Part shown: positions 12,686 to 24,469 of the stretch, piece by piece
Layout of the letters: each line of letters begins with the position of its first letter
Position numbering within the stretch: the first letter of the stretch is position 1
NCBI RefSeq assembly: GCF_006345805.1
Contig: NC_043004.1
Span: 70,928,001-70,992,000 of the forward strand
Length of the DNA: 64,000 nucleotides
Direction of reading: 5' to 3'
Origin: Octopus sinensis
Taxonomy: Eukaryota
The notes under the pieces: generated by a model
The model's input: only the letters and a program-made list of their open reading frames with translations
The model's database searches: none
What the model was told of the DNA's origin: nothing
Made by a program: the position numbers and the translations under genes

Positions 12686-12913
12686 TTAACCCTTTCGCTA
12701 CCATATTTATTTTGAGATGCTCTGTGTATCTTAATTAATTTTAAATATAACAAAGAATTTAATAAAATAACATAGTTACCATTAAGCTAGTGTTAGGAAC
12801 ATAAATTGTGACTAAGGTTTGGTGGAAGATTTTAATACAGAAGTTTTGAAAATAAGACATTTGTACTACAGAGCCAGAGGCGGTTTCAGCCGGGTTGGTA
12901 TCAAAAGGGTTAA
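12686..12913. mobile_element. piggyBac-type MITE with TTAA target-site duplication
   Basis: TTAA(12686-12689)-CCCTTTCGCTACC...GGTATCAAAAGGG-TTAA(12910-12913). A related left end TTAACCCTTTTGTTACC occurs at ~43290. Confidence 0.8.
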
Positions 12914-12915
12914 AC

Positions 12916-12946
<31 letters not shown>

Positions 12947-13542
12947 CATAATGATGATGTATATATATATATATATATGTATGCCTATGTGTGTTGTGTG
13001 TGTGTGTATGTTTGTGTAAACCCTTGTCTTGACATATTACAAGACGGTTGTAAATGAGTGTGTTGTTCATTCCAAGTCTTCTATGACGAATGTTCCTGGG
13101 AAATATTACCTTGCGTGGAAACAGACGAGGGTTAACGACAGCAAGGGCATCTTGGCCATCAAATTTCTTGTGACTCATGCAAGCCTGCACATCAACGATA
13201 ATGATGACGCCTACACACACAACTCATGTAAACACACACATTATATAGATGAAATTTACACACATGCACACCCGATTTTGATATTTGCCTTCAATATAAT
13301 GACCTCTTCTCTTTTGTTCTTTCTCTCCAGATTCCTGGGACTGTGTTGCTACAGTATTTTTCATTGATACTGCTCACAATATCATATCATATGTGGAGAC
13401 AATATGGAGAATCTTAAAACCTGGAGGTTTCTGGGTAAATTTAGGTAAGATACACCGTTTTCTTCAATATGTTTGTTCTGTTATTTTCCACATCCAGTCG
13501 ACCTTTCAGCATTTAAACTGGCCATATCTGGCCCAAATAAGA

Positions 13543-13878
13543 GCCCCTTTCAGTCATGAATGACCATGCGATTGCACCTAGGAAGTTCCCTTCTAAGGTA
13601 CGAGTCTGGGAAAAGTTGTTTGTGAGAATCCAGCAGTCACCCATACATACCAGCCTCCCTTCTTCACACCATTATATATACATAGGATAAAGGGTAAAGA
13701 CCCCCTTTGGTCATGAATGACCATGGGATTGCACCTAGAAAGTTCCCCTCCAAGGTACAATCTGGGCAAGATTCTTCAAGGTTATCTATGGAAGACCAGC
13801 AGTCGCTCATGCATACCAGCTTCCCCTCTCCACATCAGCAATGTTATCCAAGGGAAAGGCAAAGGCTGATACAGCTTT
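13543..13878. repeat. Interspersed repeat family F, two tandem copies
   Basis: GTCATGAATGACCATG.GATTGCACCTAG at ~13553 and ~13710. Other copies at ~3895-3990 and ~42630-42830. Confidence 0.75.
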
Positions 13879-14239
13879 GCCTGAGGTTATAGGTTAAGAT
13901 GCCTGCCCAAGGTGTCACACTGTGACATATAAATGTGCATTTCTATGCATGAATGTGTATGAATGTTGGTAATCCACACTTGTTGTTGGGTGAAGAAAGT
14001 GGTGAAAATGTCATTCCTTCATTGGCTGGGGTTGCTTTATGCTTTTGAATAAGAAAAGAAAAATCATTTCATCCCCCCCCCCCCTAAAAAAAAAACAACA
14101 ACAACAACACAGGTACAGGTTGGTGACTGGAAGAGCGTCTGGCTGTAAAAATACAGCTTTAGATAAACTCCCCATTCAAATCTCTGCTTGCATGAGAAAA
14201 CGGATGTTAAACAAACGAACATATAATGTTACATGCACG

Positions 14240-14301
<62 letters not shown>

Positions 14302-14454
14302 TGTATATTTGTTTATGCACTTATATATGCAAATGTGATGATACATTTATAAGCATGATGCATAGCGTATATGTAAATTCATATTGGTGAATATGGTATT
14401 CATGTAATATCACATATATGACTTACAGGCAATATCACATTTATATGTATATAC

Positions 14455-14485
14455 TAGTGTGTCTCTATATATATATATGTATGTG

Positions 14486-14525
<40 letters not shown>

Positions 14526-14591
14526 ATGTGTATGTGTATATATATATATATATAATATATATATATATGTGTATATATATATATATATGTG

Positions 14592-14624
<33 letters not shown>

Positions 14625-14730
14625 GTATGTATATATATATATGTATATATTATATATATATATATGTGTGTATATATATATATATATGTGTATATATATA
14701 TATATATGTGTATATATATATATATATATA
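14455..14730. repeat. (TA)n-rich microsatellite array
   Basis: Direct reading. Similar arrays at ~15745-15890, ~31140-31590, ~45130-45460, ~59780-59900. Confidence 0.95.
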
Positions 14731-15049
14731 TTTAATATCACATTTCCATTGCCTTAATAAGGCAGCTATGCCAAATAATGTTTGTTTTCTATATTCTTTC
14801 CTTTACCAAACATATTTCGTCTCTCTTCTCTCCGTGATTTCGTATTGAATGTACCTGGCACACTCACTCCGATTCTGTAAGGAAATGTCAGTGACTGACA
14901 ATTTTATAAGTCAGGAGATAATAACAAATAAATAAATAAATGAAATGATGATGATGATGATGATGATAATAATAATAATAACAAATGTAATAAAAATCTT
15001 CTCCAAAAAGTTTTACATTGAAAATATTTAGCTGTCATCTTTTTTACTA

Positions 15050-15118
<69 letters not shown>

Positions 15119-15804
15119 AACACAAGAGAACACACACATACACACACAAAAACATATCTATTATTAATGTTGTTTTTCGAAAAGAGATTTGTTAGATTTT
15201 TTTATAGTTTTATTTTGTTTGGTGTGTGTGTGTGTGTGGGTGTGTGTGGGTGTGTGTGGGTGTGTGTGTGTGTCTCTCTCTCTCTAGTTGCATGTGTATG
15301 TATATGTGTATGAGCATGCACACACACACACACACACACGTAGATAAATAGAAAGATAGATAGATATGTAGAAATATAGATATACATACACTCATATATT
15401 CTACCTGCATTTTAGGGAAAAATTTGTAATTTTATTATAAAATATTTGTAGAAAATATGTATACAAGAAATATATATGGAAAGCGGATGCTAAACGATGA
15501 TGATGATGATGATGATATATTATATATGTATATATTCTTTAATTTTGGAATCTTGCTTTATATCAATTATTATTTTTCATACTGTATGAAAACATTTTAC
15601 TGAAAACTATGATCATTTTCTCTTCTGACATGTATATATACATTCAGGCATGTATAAACAAACCTGCACACTTATGCATAAATTTATATATATATAGGTG
15701 CGTGTGTATATGCATACACCACCCACACTAAGTCTCTGCTGTGTGTGTATATATTATATATATATTATATATATATATATATATGTATGTATAATATATA
15801 TATA

Positions 15805-15844
<40 letters not shown>

Positions 15845-16714
15845 ATATATATATATATATTATATATATATATATATATATATGTACATATATACACCCA
15901 CCCACACATGCACATATTTTCATGCATGTGTAGAAACATAAAATCACACACACACACACACTGACCCCCACCCCTCCCTCACTCAGTAAGGAATATTTAG
16001 CTCTAGAAAATGCTTAAATTAAATATAATTTTGCTATTACAAATTTCCCTGATTTTATATATTTTTTTCCTAATTTTGTTTTGTTTCAGTCCTATTTATT
16101 TCATTTTCTAAATGGGAAATAACATTTCCCTCTCAAACTTAGGATCGGAGAGACGTTTATTTATATATTTGTATATTTATATATGCGTATATTTATGATT
16201 GCTTTTCTAGAGGTTTCTCGACAAATTCCCATCAATTGTACTGTCCTCTCTATCCATCTGCCTGTCTTTCTTTCTTCAACTTCCATTTAAAAAAAAAACA
16301 AAAAAACACAAATGAACCAAAATAAAAAAAAAAGCGAATAAAATTACTTCATGTCTTCTTTCATTTCATTTTGTTTTTTAACATTTCAAACCCCCCTGTT
16401 GCTATTAAAATGTCACTTTACTTCGAAAAGTTAAAATTTTGTTCTATAAGAAAATGGAAGTTCTCCGATTTGTTTGTCATCTGCAATCTTATTTTAATTT
16501 CTTTTTCTGTTTTTATTTTTTTTTTTTGGTTGTTGTTGATGAGGTGTGGGTGTGTGATTAGCAAGCTGGTTTCCCAACCATGTGGTCTTGAGTTCAGTCC
16601 CACTGCGTGGCACCCTTGGCAAACGTCTTCAACTATAACCCCAGACCAACCAAAGCCAAATTAGTAAATTTGGTAGACAGAAACTGAAAGAAGTCCGTTG
16701 TGTGTGTGTGTGTA

Positions 16715-16920
16715 TGAACAAGGAGGTGTTGAAAAGTTCTTGGTTTTAAGGGTATCACAAAAGGCCTGGTTGGAGGCCCAAATTTCCAAGTTCATTTACA
16801 GGGCTTAGAAAGACTGAAGGACCACTGCAATAAGTGTATGAATCTGAGAAGGGAATATGTTGAATAAAATCATAATCAACTGATTCTCCTGTATTTTCTT
16901 TTGCCCAAAACCAGGAACTT
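16715..16920. mobile_element. Mariner-derived MITE (degenerate)
   Basis: Reverse-oriented homolog of the complete copy at 53400-53619. Partial copy at ~25445-25565. Confidence 0.7.
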
Positions 16921-16961
16921 GTGTGTATATATATGTATATATATATTCTTTTATTAGTTTA

Positions 16962-17187
16962 CTTGTTATAGTCATTTGACTGTGGCCATGGTGGACCTCT
17001 GCCTTGAAGGGTTTTAGTCCAACAAATTGACCCCAGTACTCATTTTTTTAAAGCCCAGTACTTATTCTATCAGTCTCTTTTGCCGAACCATTAAATTATG
17101 GGGATGTAAACACACCAACACCAGTTGCCAAGTGGTGATGGGGTGGGGGGACAAACACAGGCAAAAAGACACGCACACATAGATATA

Positions 17188-17229
<42 letters not shown>

Positions 17230-17322
17230 TATATGACAGGCTTCTTTCAATTTCAGTCTATCAAATCCACTCACAAGGCTTTGGTCAGCTTTAGGCTATA
17301 GTAGAAGACACTTGCTCAAAGT
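16962..17322 (-). mobile_element. SINE family A (minus strand)
   Basis: Reverse complement of the family-A body and tail. Confidence 0.8.
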
Positions 17323-17734
17323 ATATATATATATATATAAATTGCGATGTATGTAAACAAACAAAGCGTTGTGATGTATTGAAATATGAGTTCAAGTCTC
17401 ATGGCTGGTTGCTAACAAATTATTCTGGAATATAAGGATGTTCTGTCCTATTTATGCTATTCAGCATTATTATTATTATTATGTGTTTGATAGTAAAATA
17501 TTTCCATAACTGTATATATATAATAGATAGACATTGAATAAACTAGGGAGAACAAGAAGGAGTACATTATTTACATTATTTACATTTGACGGATATTTGT
17601 CCTCATCTTCTTTGTTGTTAACACAATGTTTCGGCTGATATACCACCACCACCACCTGTTTCTTTACTACCAACAAGGGGCTAAACACAGAGAGGACAAA
17701 CAAGGACAGACAAACTGATTAAGTTGATTATATC

Positions 17735-18320
17735 AACCCCAGTGCGTAACTGGTACTTAATTTATCGACCCCGAAAGGATGAAAGGAAAAGTCGACCTCG
17801 GCGGAATTTGAACTCAGAACGTAACGGCAGACGAAATACGGCTACGTATTTCGCCCAGCGTGCTAACTTTTCTACCACCACCACTATTGTTGTTAAGGTG
17901 GTGAGGTGGCAGAATCGTTCGTATGCTGGGTGAAGTGCTTAGTGGCGTTTCATCCATCTTTATGTTCTGATTTCAAATTCCACTGAGGTTGACTTTGTTT
18001 TTCACCCTTTTGGGGGCCGACAAAGTAAAAGTGCCAGTTAAACACTGTAATCAACTAGCCCCGTCTCCCTAAGTTCCTGGCCTTGTTCCAAAATGTGAAA
18101 CCATTATTATTATTATTGTTAAGGTGGCGAGCTGGCAGAATCATTAGCATGCCAGGCGAAACGCTTGGCAGCAGTTCAGCTGTCCTTATGTCCTGAGTTC
18201 AAATTCCACCAGGGTCGACTTTGCCTTTCATCTTTTCGGGGTCAATAACATAAGTACCAGTTGAATACTGGGGTCAGTGTAATCGACTTGCATCTTCCCC
18301 ATAAATTTCAGGCTTTGTAT
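17735..18320. mobile_element. Cluster of three family-B SINEs (17735-17870 minus; 17893 and 18119 plus)
   Basis: AAGGTGG.GAG.TGGCAGAATC head, GAGTTCAAATTCC B-box, CTTTCATC.TTT.GGGGTC central block. Confidence 0.8.
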
Positions 18321-18367
18321 CTTTAACAGAAAGTATTGTTGTAGCAGCAGCAGCAGTAGGCGGTAGC

Positions 18368-18409
<42 letters not shown>

Positions 18410-18413
18410 GGTG

Positions 18414-18473
<60 letters not shown>

Positions 18474-18809
18474 AACAGTTAGTTTTGAATTTCCGAAGAC
18501 AGTAAGTGCAGAAATATTTCTAAAGTGAGACCATGGCACTTTAGAAAACAAAACATGGTTTAAGGGAATGATTATTAGATTAAATAATAATAATAATAAT
18601 AATAATGTTGTTGTTGTGATAATTTTTTTTTATTGTTTTATTTTAACTACTTAAATATTTACTAGAAAAACTGGAAAAAAGAAGAAAAAATTCCCATAAT
18701 TGTAGAAGAAAAACTACAAAGAAAGGTGGAAAATAATCAAAATATTTTGCTAATTGCACCTGTTGCAGTGAATAAATTATGATGATGATGATAATAATAA
18801 TAGTCATAA

Positions 18810-19196
18810 TAACAAGAACACTCAGAGAGTGCAAACCTCTGCCAAAGCAACATAACGTTCTCTCAGTGATTAGCCAGAGATGAGTTCTAAAATTAGAATA
18901 TCTGAAATAAGCTCGACTGCTCTCACAGATGAGGGTACTAAAAGGTATTGTTTTCAGTCATGTTTGTTTGTTTGTTCGTCCATGGACAAGATATCTCAAA
19001 AACCACTGGATGGATTCTGGTGAAACTTTCAGAGATGTTTGGCCTCCTGACTGGCACAAACTGATTAGATTTTGGGATCGATCTGGTACCGGACAAGGAT
19101 TCTGGATTATTATATTTCCTGTTTTTCTACTTAATTTTTGAGAGTGGTCGGGTTCATTTTTAGTACCTTCATCTGTGAGAGCAGTCGAGCTTATTT
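18810..19196. mobile_element. Helentron/HINE-like non-autonomous element with 39-bp inverted repeat
   Basis: AAATAAGCTCGACTGCTCTCACAGATGAGGGTACTAAAA (18905-18943) pairs with 19158-19196 with one mismatch. The internal (TTTG)n-GATATCTCAAAAACCACTGGATGGATT...GAAACTTT core resembles DINE-1/HINE elements (from memory). Confidence 0.55.
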
Positions 19197-20215
19197 ACGC
19201 CTTTTCTACAGATCGAGCAGGGCCATCTACCTGAAGGCGTTTGTGATTTGTCTACCTTCCTACTTATTAGGACTTTGGTTTTAGCTAGGTTGACTCTAAG
19301 GCCCTTCCATTCTAATCCTTGCTTCCATGTCTGAAACTTCTCCTCCAGTTCTGATAGTGACTCAGCAATTAGAGCAAGGTCATCAGCATATAGGAGCTCC
19401 CAGGGGCATCCTGTCTTGAATTCTTCCGTTATTGCCTGGAGGACTATGGTAAATAGGAGGGGGCTGAGGACAGCCTTGGTGGACCCCAACCTCTACCCGG
19501 AATTCTTCACTGTACTCGTTGCCAACCCTCACCTTACTAACAGCGTCCCTGTACATGGCTCGCACAGCTCTCACTAACCATTCATCTATCCCTAGTTTCC
19601 TCATTGACCACCAGATAAGGGATCGGGGGACCCTGTCAAAGGCTTTCTCCAAGTCAACGAAAGCCAGTACAGAGGTTTATCTTTGGCTAGGTATTTCTCC
19701 TGCAGCTGTCTCACCAGAAATATGGCATCGGTGGTGCTTTTCCCTGGCACGAAACCGAACTGCATCTCGTCCAGGTTGACTCTCTCCCTAATCAGTTGGG
19801 CTATGACCCTCTCCGTAACCTTCATTACCTGATCTAACAGCTTGATACCTCTGTAATTACTTGTATCTAGGGCGTCACCTTTACCTTTGTAGCAGTTGAC
19901 TATTATGCTGCTACACCAGTCATTGGGTATGACTCCTTCGTGTATCACCTGGTTATCTATACGGGTGACTAGGCTATAGCCGACACTGCCAGATATTTTG
20001 AGCATCTCTGCAGTAATTCCTGATGGGCCTGGGGCTTTCCCTGTCTTCATGCTTCTAATTGCCTTAATTACCAAGGAACTGTCAACTCAGATAGGTGGTC
20101 CCTCTGTTGGGTCGACATTCGGCAGACTCTCTTTATCCCATTCATTTTCTTTGTTGAGCAACCTTTCATAGTGGCATCTCCAAACCTCTCTCTTTTCATC
20201 CTCATTTAGCGCGTA
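19197..20215 (-). mobile_element. RTE-clade LINE reverse transcriptase fragment (frameshifted, truncated)
   Basis: Overlapping ORFs 19601-20074, 19383-19652 and 19169-19489 give GKAPGPSG, NYRGIKLL, QFGFVPGKSTTDAIF, EKAFDRV, GVHQG, SPLLF, LLYADD, GLRVNLAKTK and a C-terminal CSIC. Confidence 0.95.
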
Positions 20216-20328
20216 TATACACACATACATGCACACAAATTGTATATATATATATTTTTTTTTTTTTTTTTTTTTTTTTGTACTTGTTTCAGTCATTTGA
20301 CTGCGGCCATGCTGGAGCACCGCCTTTA

Positions 20329-20485
20329 GAGTACAGCAGGGATCACCACCTCCTGCCGGAGCCTCGTGGAGCTTTTAGGTGTTTTTTTCGCTCAATAAAC
20401 ACACACAACGCCCGGTCTGGGAATCGAAACCGCGATCCTCCGACCGCAAGTCCGCTGCCCTAACCACTAGGCCATTGCGCCTCCA
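20329..20485 (-). mobile_element. Young tRNA-derived SINE, family D (5' part)
   Basis: Minus strand GCGCAATGGCCTAGTGGTTAGGGCAGCGG...GGTTTCGATTCCC with CpGs intact. Homolog at 38520-38778(+). Confidence 0.85.
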
Positions 20486-22734
20486 TATATATATATATAA
20501 TGTATATGCATACTCATTTATATATATTATATGATGAGGTTCCACACAGTTTTCGTGTAGCACAAGACATTAGTTGGTCTGGGGTTATATATAGTAGAAG
20601 ACACTTGCTCAGTGTACTGTGTAGTGTGACTGAACCGGAAGTCACATGGTTGCAAAACAGTCTTCTTAACCACACAGCCATGCCTGTGTCTTTGCCATGT
20701 ATGAAAGGATGTTATATCTTTTGGGAGTTTCAGTATTCTTATTTTGGCCCTGATTATGTTTTTCCAAATCTTTCTTGGTCTGCGTCTGTTTTCGTTATTT
20801 CCTGCTTTATCTGATGATGCATTTCAGTGTTATATGCAACGACATTTTCTATTTTTCTTTTGTTATGATTATTTTTTATCCTTTTTTTTTTGTTGTGCCT
20901 GGGTAATTTTTCTTATCTTAATCTGGCGTTAACAGGTCTAGTGTGTTTATTATTGTGACATGCGGCTCATTCTCGGCCTACTCCATCACATATCAGTAGG
21001 AATTGCATGGGATGGGGCAAAATAATGCGGGAGAAATTGGAAAATAATTGAAAGAATAATAATAAAAGTAAAACTAAAATAGAATTATTCACATTTTTGT
21101 CTTTTGTCATTTCGTCAGAAAAAATAACAAATATGATTAAAAAATATAATTGCTATAACAAAAATAAATTTTAACAAACAGTCAATCAAATTACAAGAGC
21201 AAAATATATAATACAAAAAAGAAAAGACAAAACCCCAACAAACTAAAAATTACAAATATTTTTGTTTGTTTTTAAAAAGTGTTGAAATTAATTAGAATCT
21301 GCTGGGTAGCAAATTCATTAAATAAAAATAAAATCTAATGGAAAAATATGAATGAAAAATGTAAACGAACTAAAAATAAGTATTAAACAAAGAAAATGTA
21401 ATGGAAAACCAGTAAACAAACATCATTATATTGAATTGTTTCATCTACAGAAGCTTAATTTTTCAGTTGCTAAACCATAATTCTGTTCATTATTGCTGTC
21501 AAGTCTTAAAATGTTTAAGTTGTTTAGCTGTAATTTCCTGTGACAAATGTCGAGGAGAGAATTTGTTTGTTGAATCAAATTGCAGTGATGTGTGAAATGT
21601 TACCGATTATACATACATACACGCATATATACACATACATAAACGCACACACACACACACACGTGTGTATGCATACACAGACACACACATCACATATATA
21701 TTTATACACACATACACCATACACACTTGTTTACTTGTTTGCTTATTCATCATCTTCATGTATATAAATGAGCGTGTGTGTGAGTGTATATGTGTGTGTG
21801 TGTGTAAATTTCTATGTATGTACATATGTGTATGTGTGTGTATATAAATTTCTGTGTATGTACATATGTGTGTGTGTGTGTGTGTGTGTTTAGTGTGCCT
21901 TCTAGAATTATATATTTATGAGTGCCTATTTATATGTGTGTCCATTCATTTGCTGAGGTATGAAATAATCTTCATCATCATCATCATCTTCCTTCTCCCC
22001 CTCCCCACCTGCTGGTACCCCTTCTATTATTCCTTGTGTTATTGCTAAGGGCATCCATACAAAAAAATTGCAAAGCTTGGATCATGATGTGACATAATAA
22101 TAATGATGATAATAATAATAATAATAATAATAATACTAATAATACTAATAATGATAATAATAATAATATTAATAATAATAATAATAATAATAACAATAAT
22201 AATAATGGTGAAGGTTAACATTTCCCTGTCAATAAACTGTCTCATACTTCTGCACTTTTAAATACACGTAGAATAAAAAAATGTCCACTTACTTGAAAAA
22301 TTGGTAAGGATTAATGACAAGAAAGCCATATAAGTGTAAAATATTACCTGGATGATATGTATTCATCTAATCCATGCTAGCATAGAAAAATAGATGTAAA
22401 ATAAATGTAAAATAAATATATAACTAATAGGTGCAGGCATGGTTCTTGTTTTTAAGAAGTTCGTTAAGCAGTTCCCAGCCATTTAGTTTCGAGCTTAGTC
22501 CACCGTGTGGCCCCTTGGGCAGGTGTTTTCTGATATAACCCTGGGCTGACCAAAGCCTTGTGAATGGAGTCAGAAGATGGAATCTGAAAAAAAGGTCATC
22601 ATACGTGTTTATGGTGCGGGGAGGAGGCTCTCTCTCTTTGTTTTGACATCACACGGTTGTTCAAAGTGATTGTCACCAAGGCCTGCTAGTGAATAGACTT
22701 CACTGAAAATATATATATATATATATATATATCT

Positions 22735-23359
22735 CTCCCGTCTGTCTTGATAGACAATGGGTTGCGCCAAGGGTGGGGCCTACTTTGATGATGAGCAGCA
22801 TCTGCCGTGACTGAACAGTCCAATTCTAGAGTGGCAGTCCCTGGTACAGTTGCTGCACACGAACATCGATGGGTACGTGTGGGGTGTTGCTGCAGTTGTC
22901 CTCCTCTTGTCCCGCCTGTCCGACCACAGCTGTGCTCTCCTTTCCTCAGCCATGGAAACGTCTTTCCTCACTGTCCGATGCCAGGCAGAGCGGTCAGCAG
23001 CTGTTACCTCCCACATGTCCACACAGATGTTGGCAGTCCTCAGGTCGCGCTTCCACACATCCCTGTATCGTAGCTGTGGACGTCCCTTGGGTCGGGATCC
23101 CATGGTGAGTTCGCTGTACAGGATGTCTTTAGGCATGCGACCGTCCTGCATGCGGCAGACGTGCCCGAGCCAGCGCAGTCATCTCCGCACGAGGAGGTCA
23201 TGCATGCTTGGCATATTAGTCTGTTCTAGGATGACTCCGTTTGGTACTCGGTCCTTCCAGGAGATGCCAAGGATCCGTCGAAGACACTGCATGTGGAAGC
23301 TGCTGAGGCGGCATTCTTGCCGGGTGTATGTTGTCCAGCTCTCGCTGCCGTTGAGCTGG

Positions 23360-23367
<8 letters not shown>
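22735..23367 (-). mobile_element. RTE-BovB-like LINE 3' end
   Basis: SESWTTY, FHMQCLRRILGISWKDRVPN, LRWLGHVCRMQDGRMPKDILYSEL, GRPQLRYRD and terminal FVCSNCTRDCHSRIGLFSH zinc knuckle. One in-frame stop. Confidence 0.92.
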
Positions 23368-23403
<36 letters not shown>

Positions 23404-23427
23404 TTACAAAGTCTAGACAAGTATCTT

Positions 23428-23507
23428 CAGCTAGCAGGCCTTGCTACTCTAGACTGATGCTGAGCAAGACCCAGAAACATGCATGTCTCTAGATGCGGGC
23501 CTAGCTG
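23428..23507 (+). ncRNA. Type I hammerhead ribozyme-like motif (A9>C variant)
   Basis: Stem I TCTAGA(23448-53)/TCTAGA(23488-93), extended by CAGCTAG(23428-34)/CTAGCTG(23501-07). Core CTGATGC(23454-60), stem II TGAG-CAAGA-CCCA, GAAA(23474-77), palindromic stem III ACATGCATGT, GTC cleavage triplet ending at 23487. Confidence 0.7.
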
Positions 23508-23724
23508 TTGGGGGTGCTTGTCTCCCCTTCGCAAATATAAGGACACAGGAAATGTGTCAAAGCCGACAGGAAGCGTCGATGCTTCCTAGGGCTAAAAAGC
23601 AGTGGTGTGATTCCCTTTACGGGACTGTCACGTTAAGTTGACAGTATACAACCACTCTATCGCTCAACCACCGCTCATGTCTCTCTGAGATATTTAGAAA
23701 TTTAATATTTCTAATATATATATA

Positions 23725-24113
23725 CTAGCAGTATCGCCCGGCGTTGCTCAGGTTTGTAAGGGAAATAACTATAAAGCATTTTTAGAGAGTTATAGCCAAA
23801 AAATAGCAAAAAAATGGAAAAAAATGATGGTAAATTTTTTTTGAGAGTTAAAAAAGGTGGAGTTGCGTCCCCTAGACAGTTTGTGGTTTGTGTTTCTGAT
23901 TCTCGATCCCATGTCAAATTTATCGATTTTTTTCAGAACTGGGGGAACTTTTCAAAATTTTCGGTGCGTTAGTTTTGAATTATGACATTGGGCTATGTGT
24001 GTGTCAAGTTTCATCAGAATCAGTTGAAAGCCGTGGTCAGGGTGAGGGTACAAGCAAACAGACACACAGAAACACACACAGACAAACTGCCGTTTATATA
24101 TAGAGAGAAGAGA
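23725..24113 (-). mobile_element. Non-autonomous Helitron
   Basis: Minus strand starts TC (24113), has subterminal hairpin CCTGAGCAACGCCGGG, ends CTAG (23725), and sits between A and T. Confidence 0.85.
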
Positions 24114-24115
24114 TA

Positions 24116-24345
24116 ATTCATATAAAAATACAGTGTACATTTAAACACACAAGAGATGGCCATAACAGGACATCTGACTTGCTAGAAGGAGTAGTTAAAC
24201 TCTAAGCCACTATTAGGAGTAATTTCATTCCCTTTCGAAATTATCCCTAATAGTGGTTTAGAGTTTAACTACTCTTTCTAGCGAGTCAGATGTCCTGTTA
24301 TAGCCATCTCTAGAGTGTTTAAATGTACACTATTTTTATATGAAT
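24116..24345. mobile_element. Near-perfect fold-back element (~110-bp arms, 10-nt loop)
   Basis: 24116-24226 is the reverse complement of 24237-24345 with about 8 substitutions and one 2-nt indel. Confidence 0.8.
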
Positions 24346-24434
24346 AATATATAGTCTATTGACTAGTTTTTTCTTCTCACTAGACCACTGGTAGCAAAGA
24401 ATTTTTCTAAATGTTTTTGCTACCCTGAAATTTA

Positions 24435-24469
<35 letters not shown>

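Noticed and set aside
19169-20074. Functional reverse transcriptase gene
   Set aside because: Split across three frames and truncated at both ends; a dead LINE fragment.
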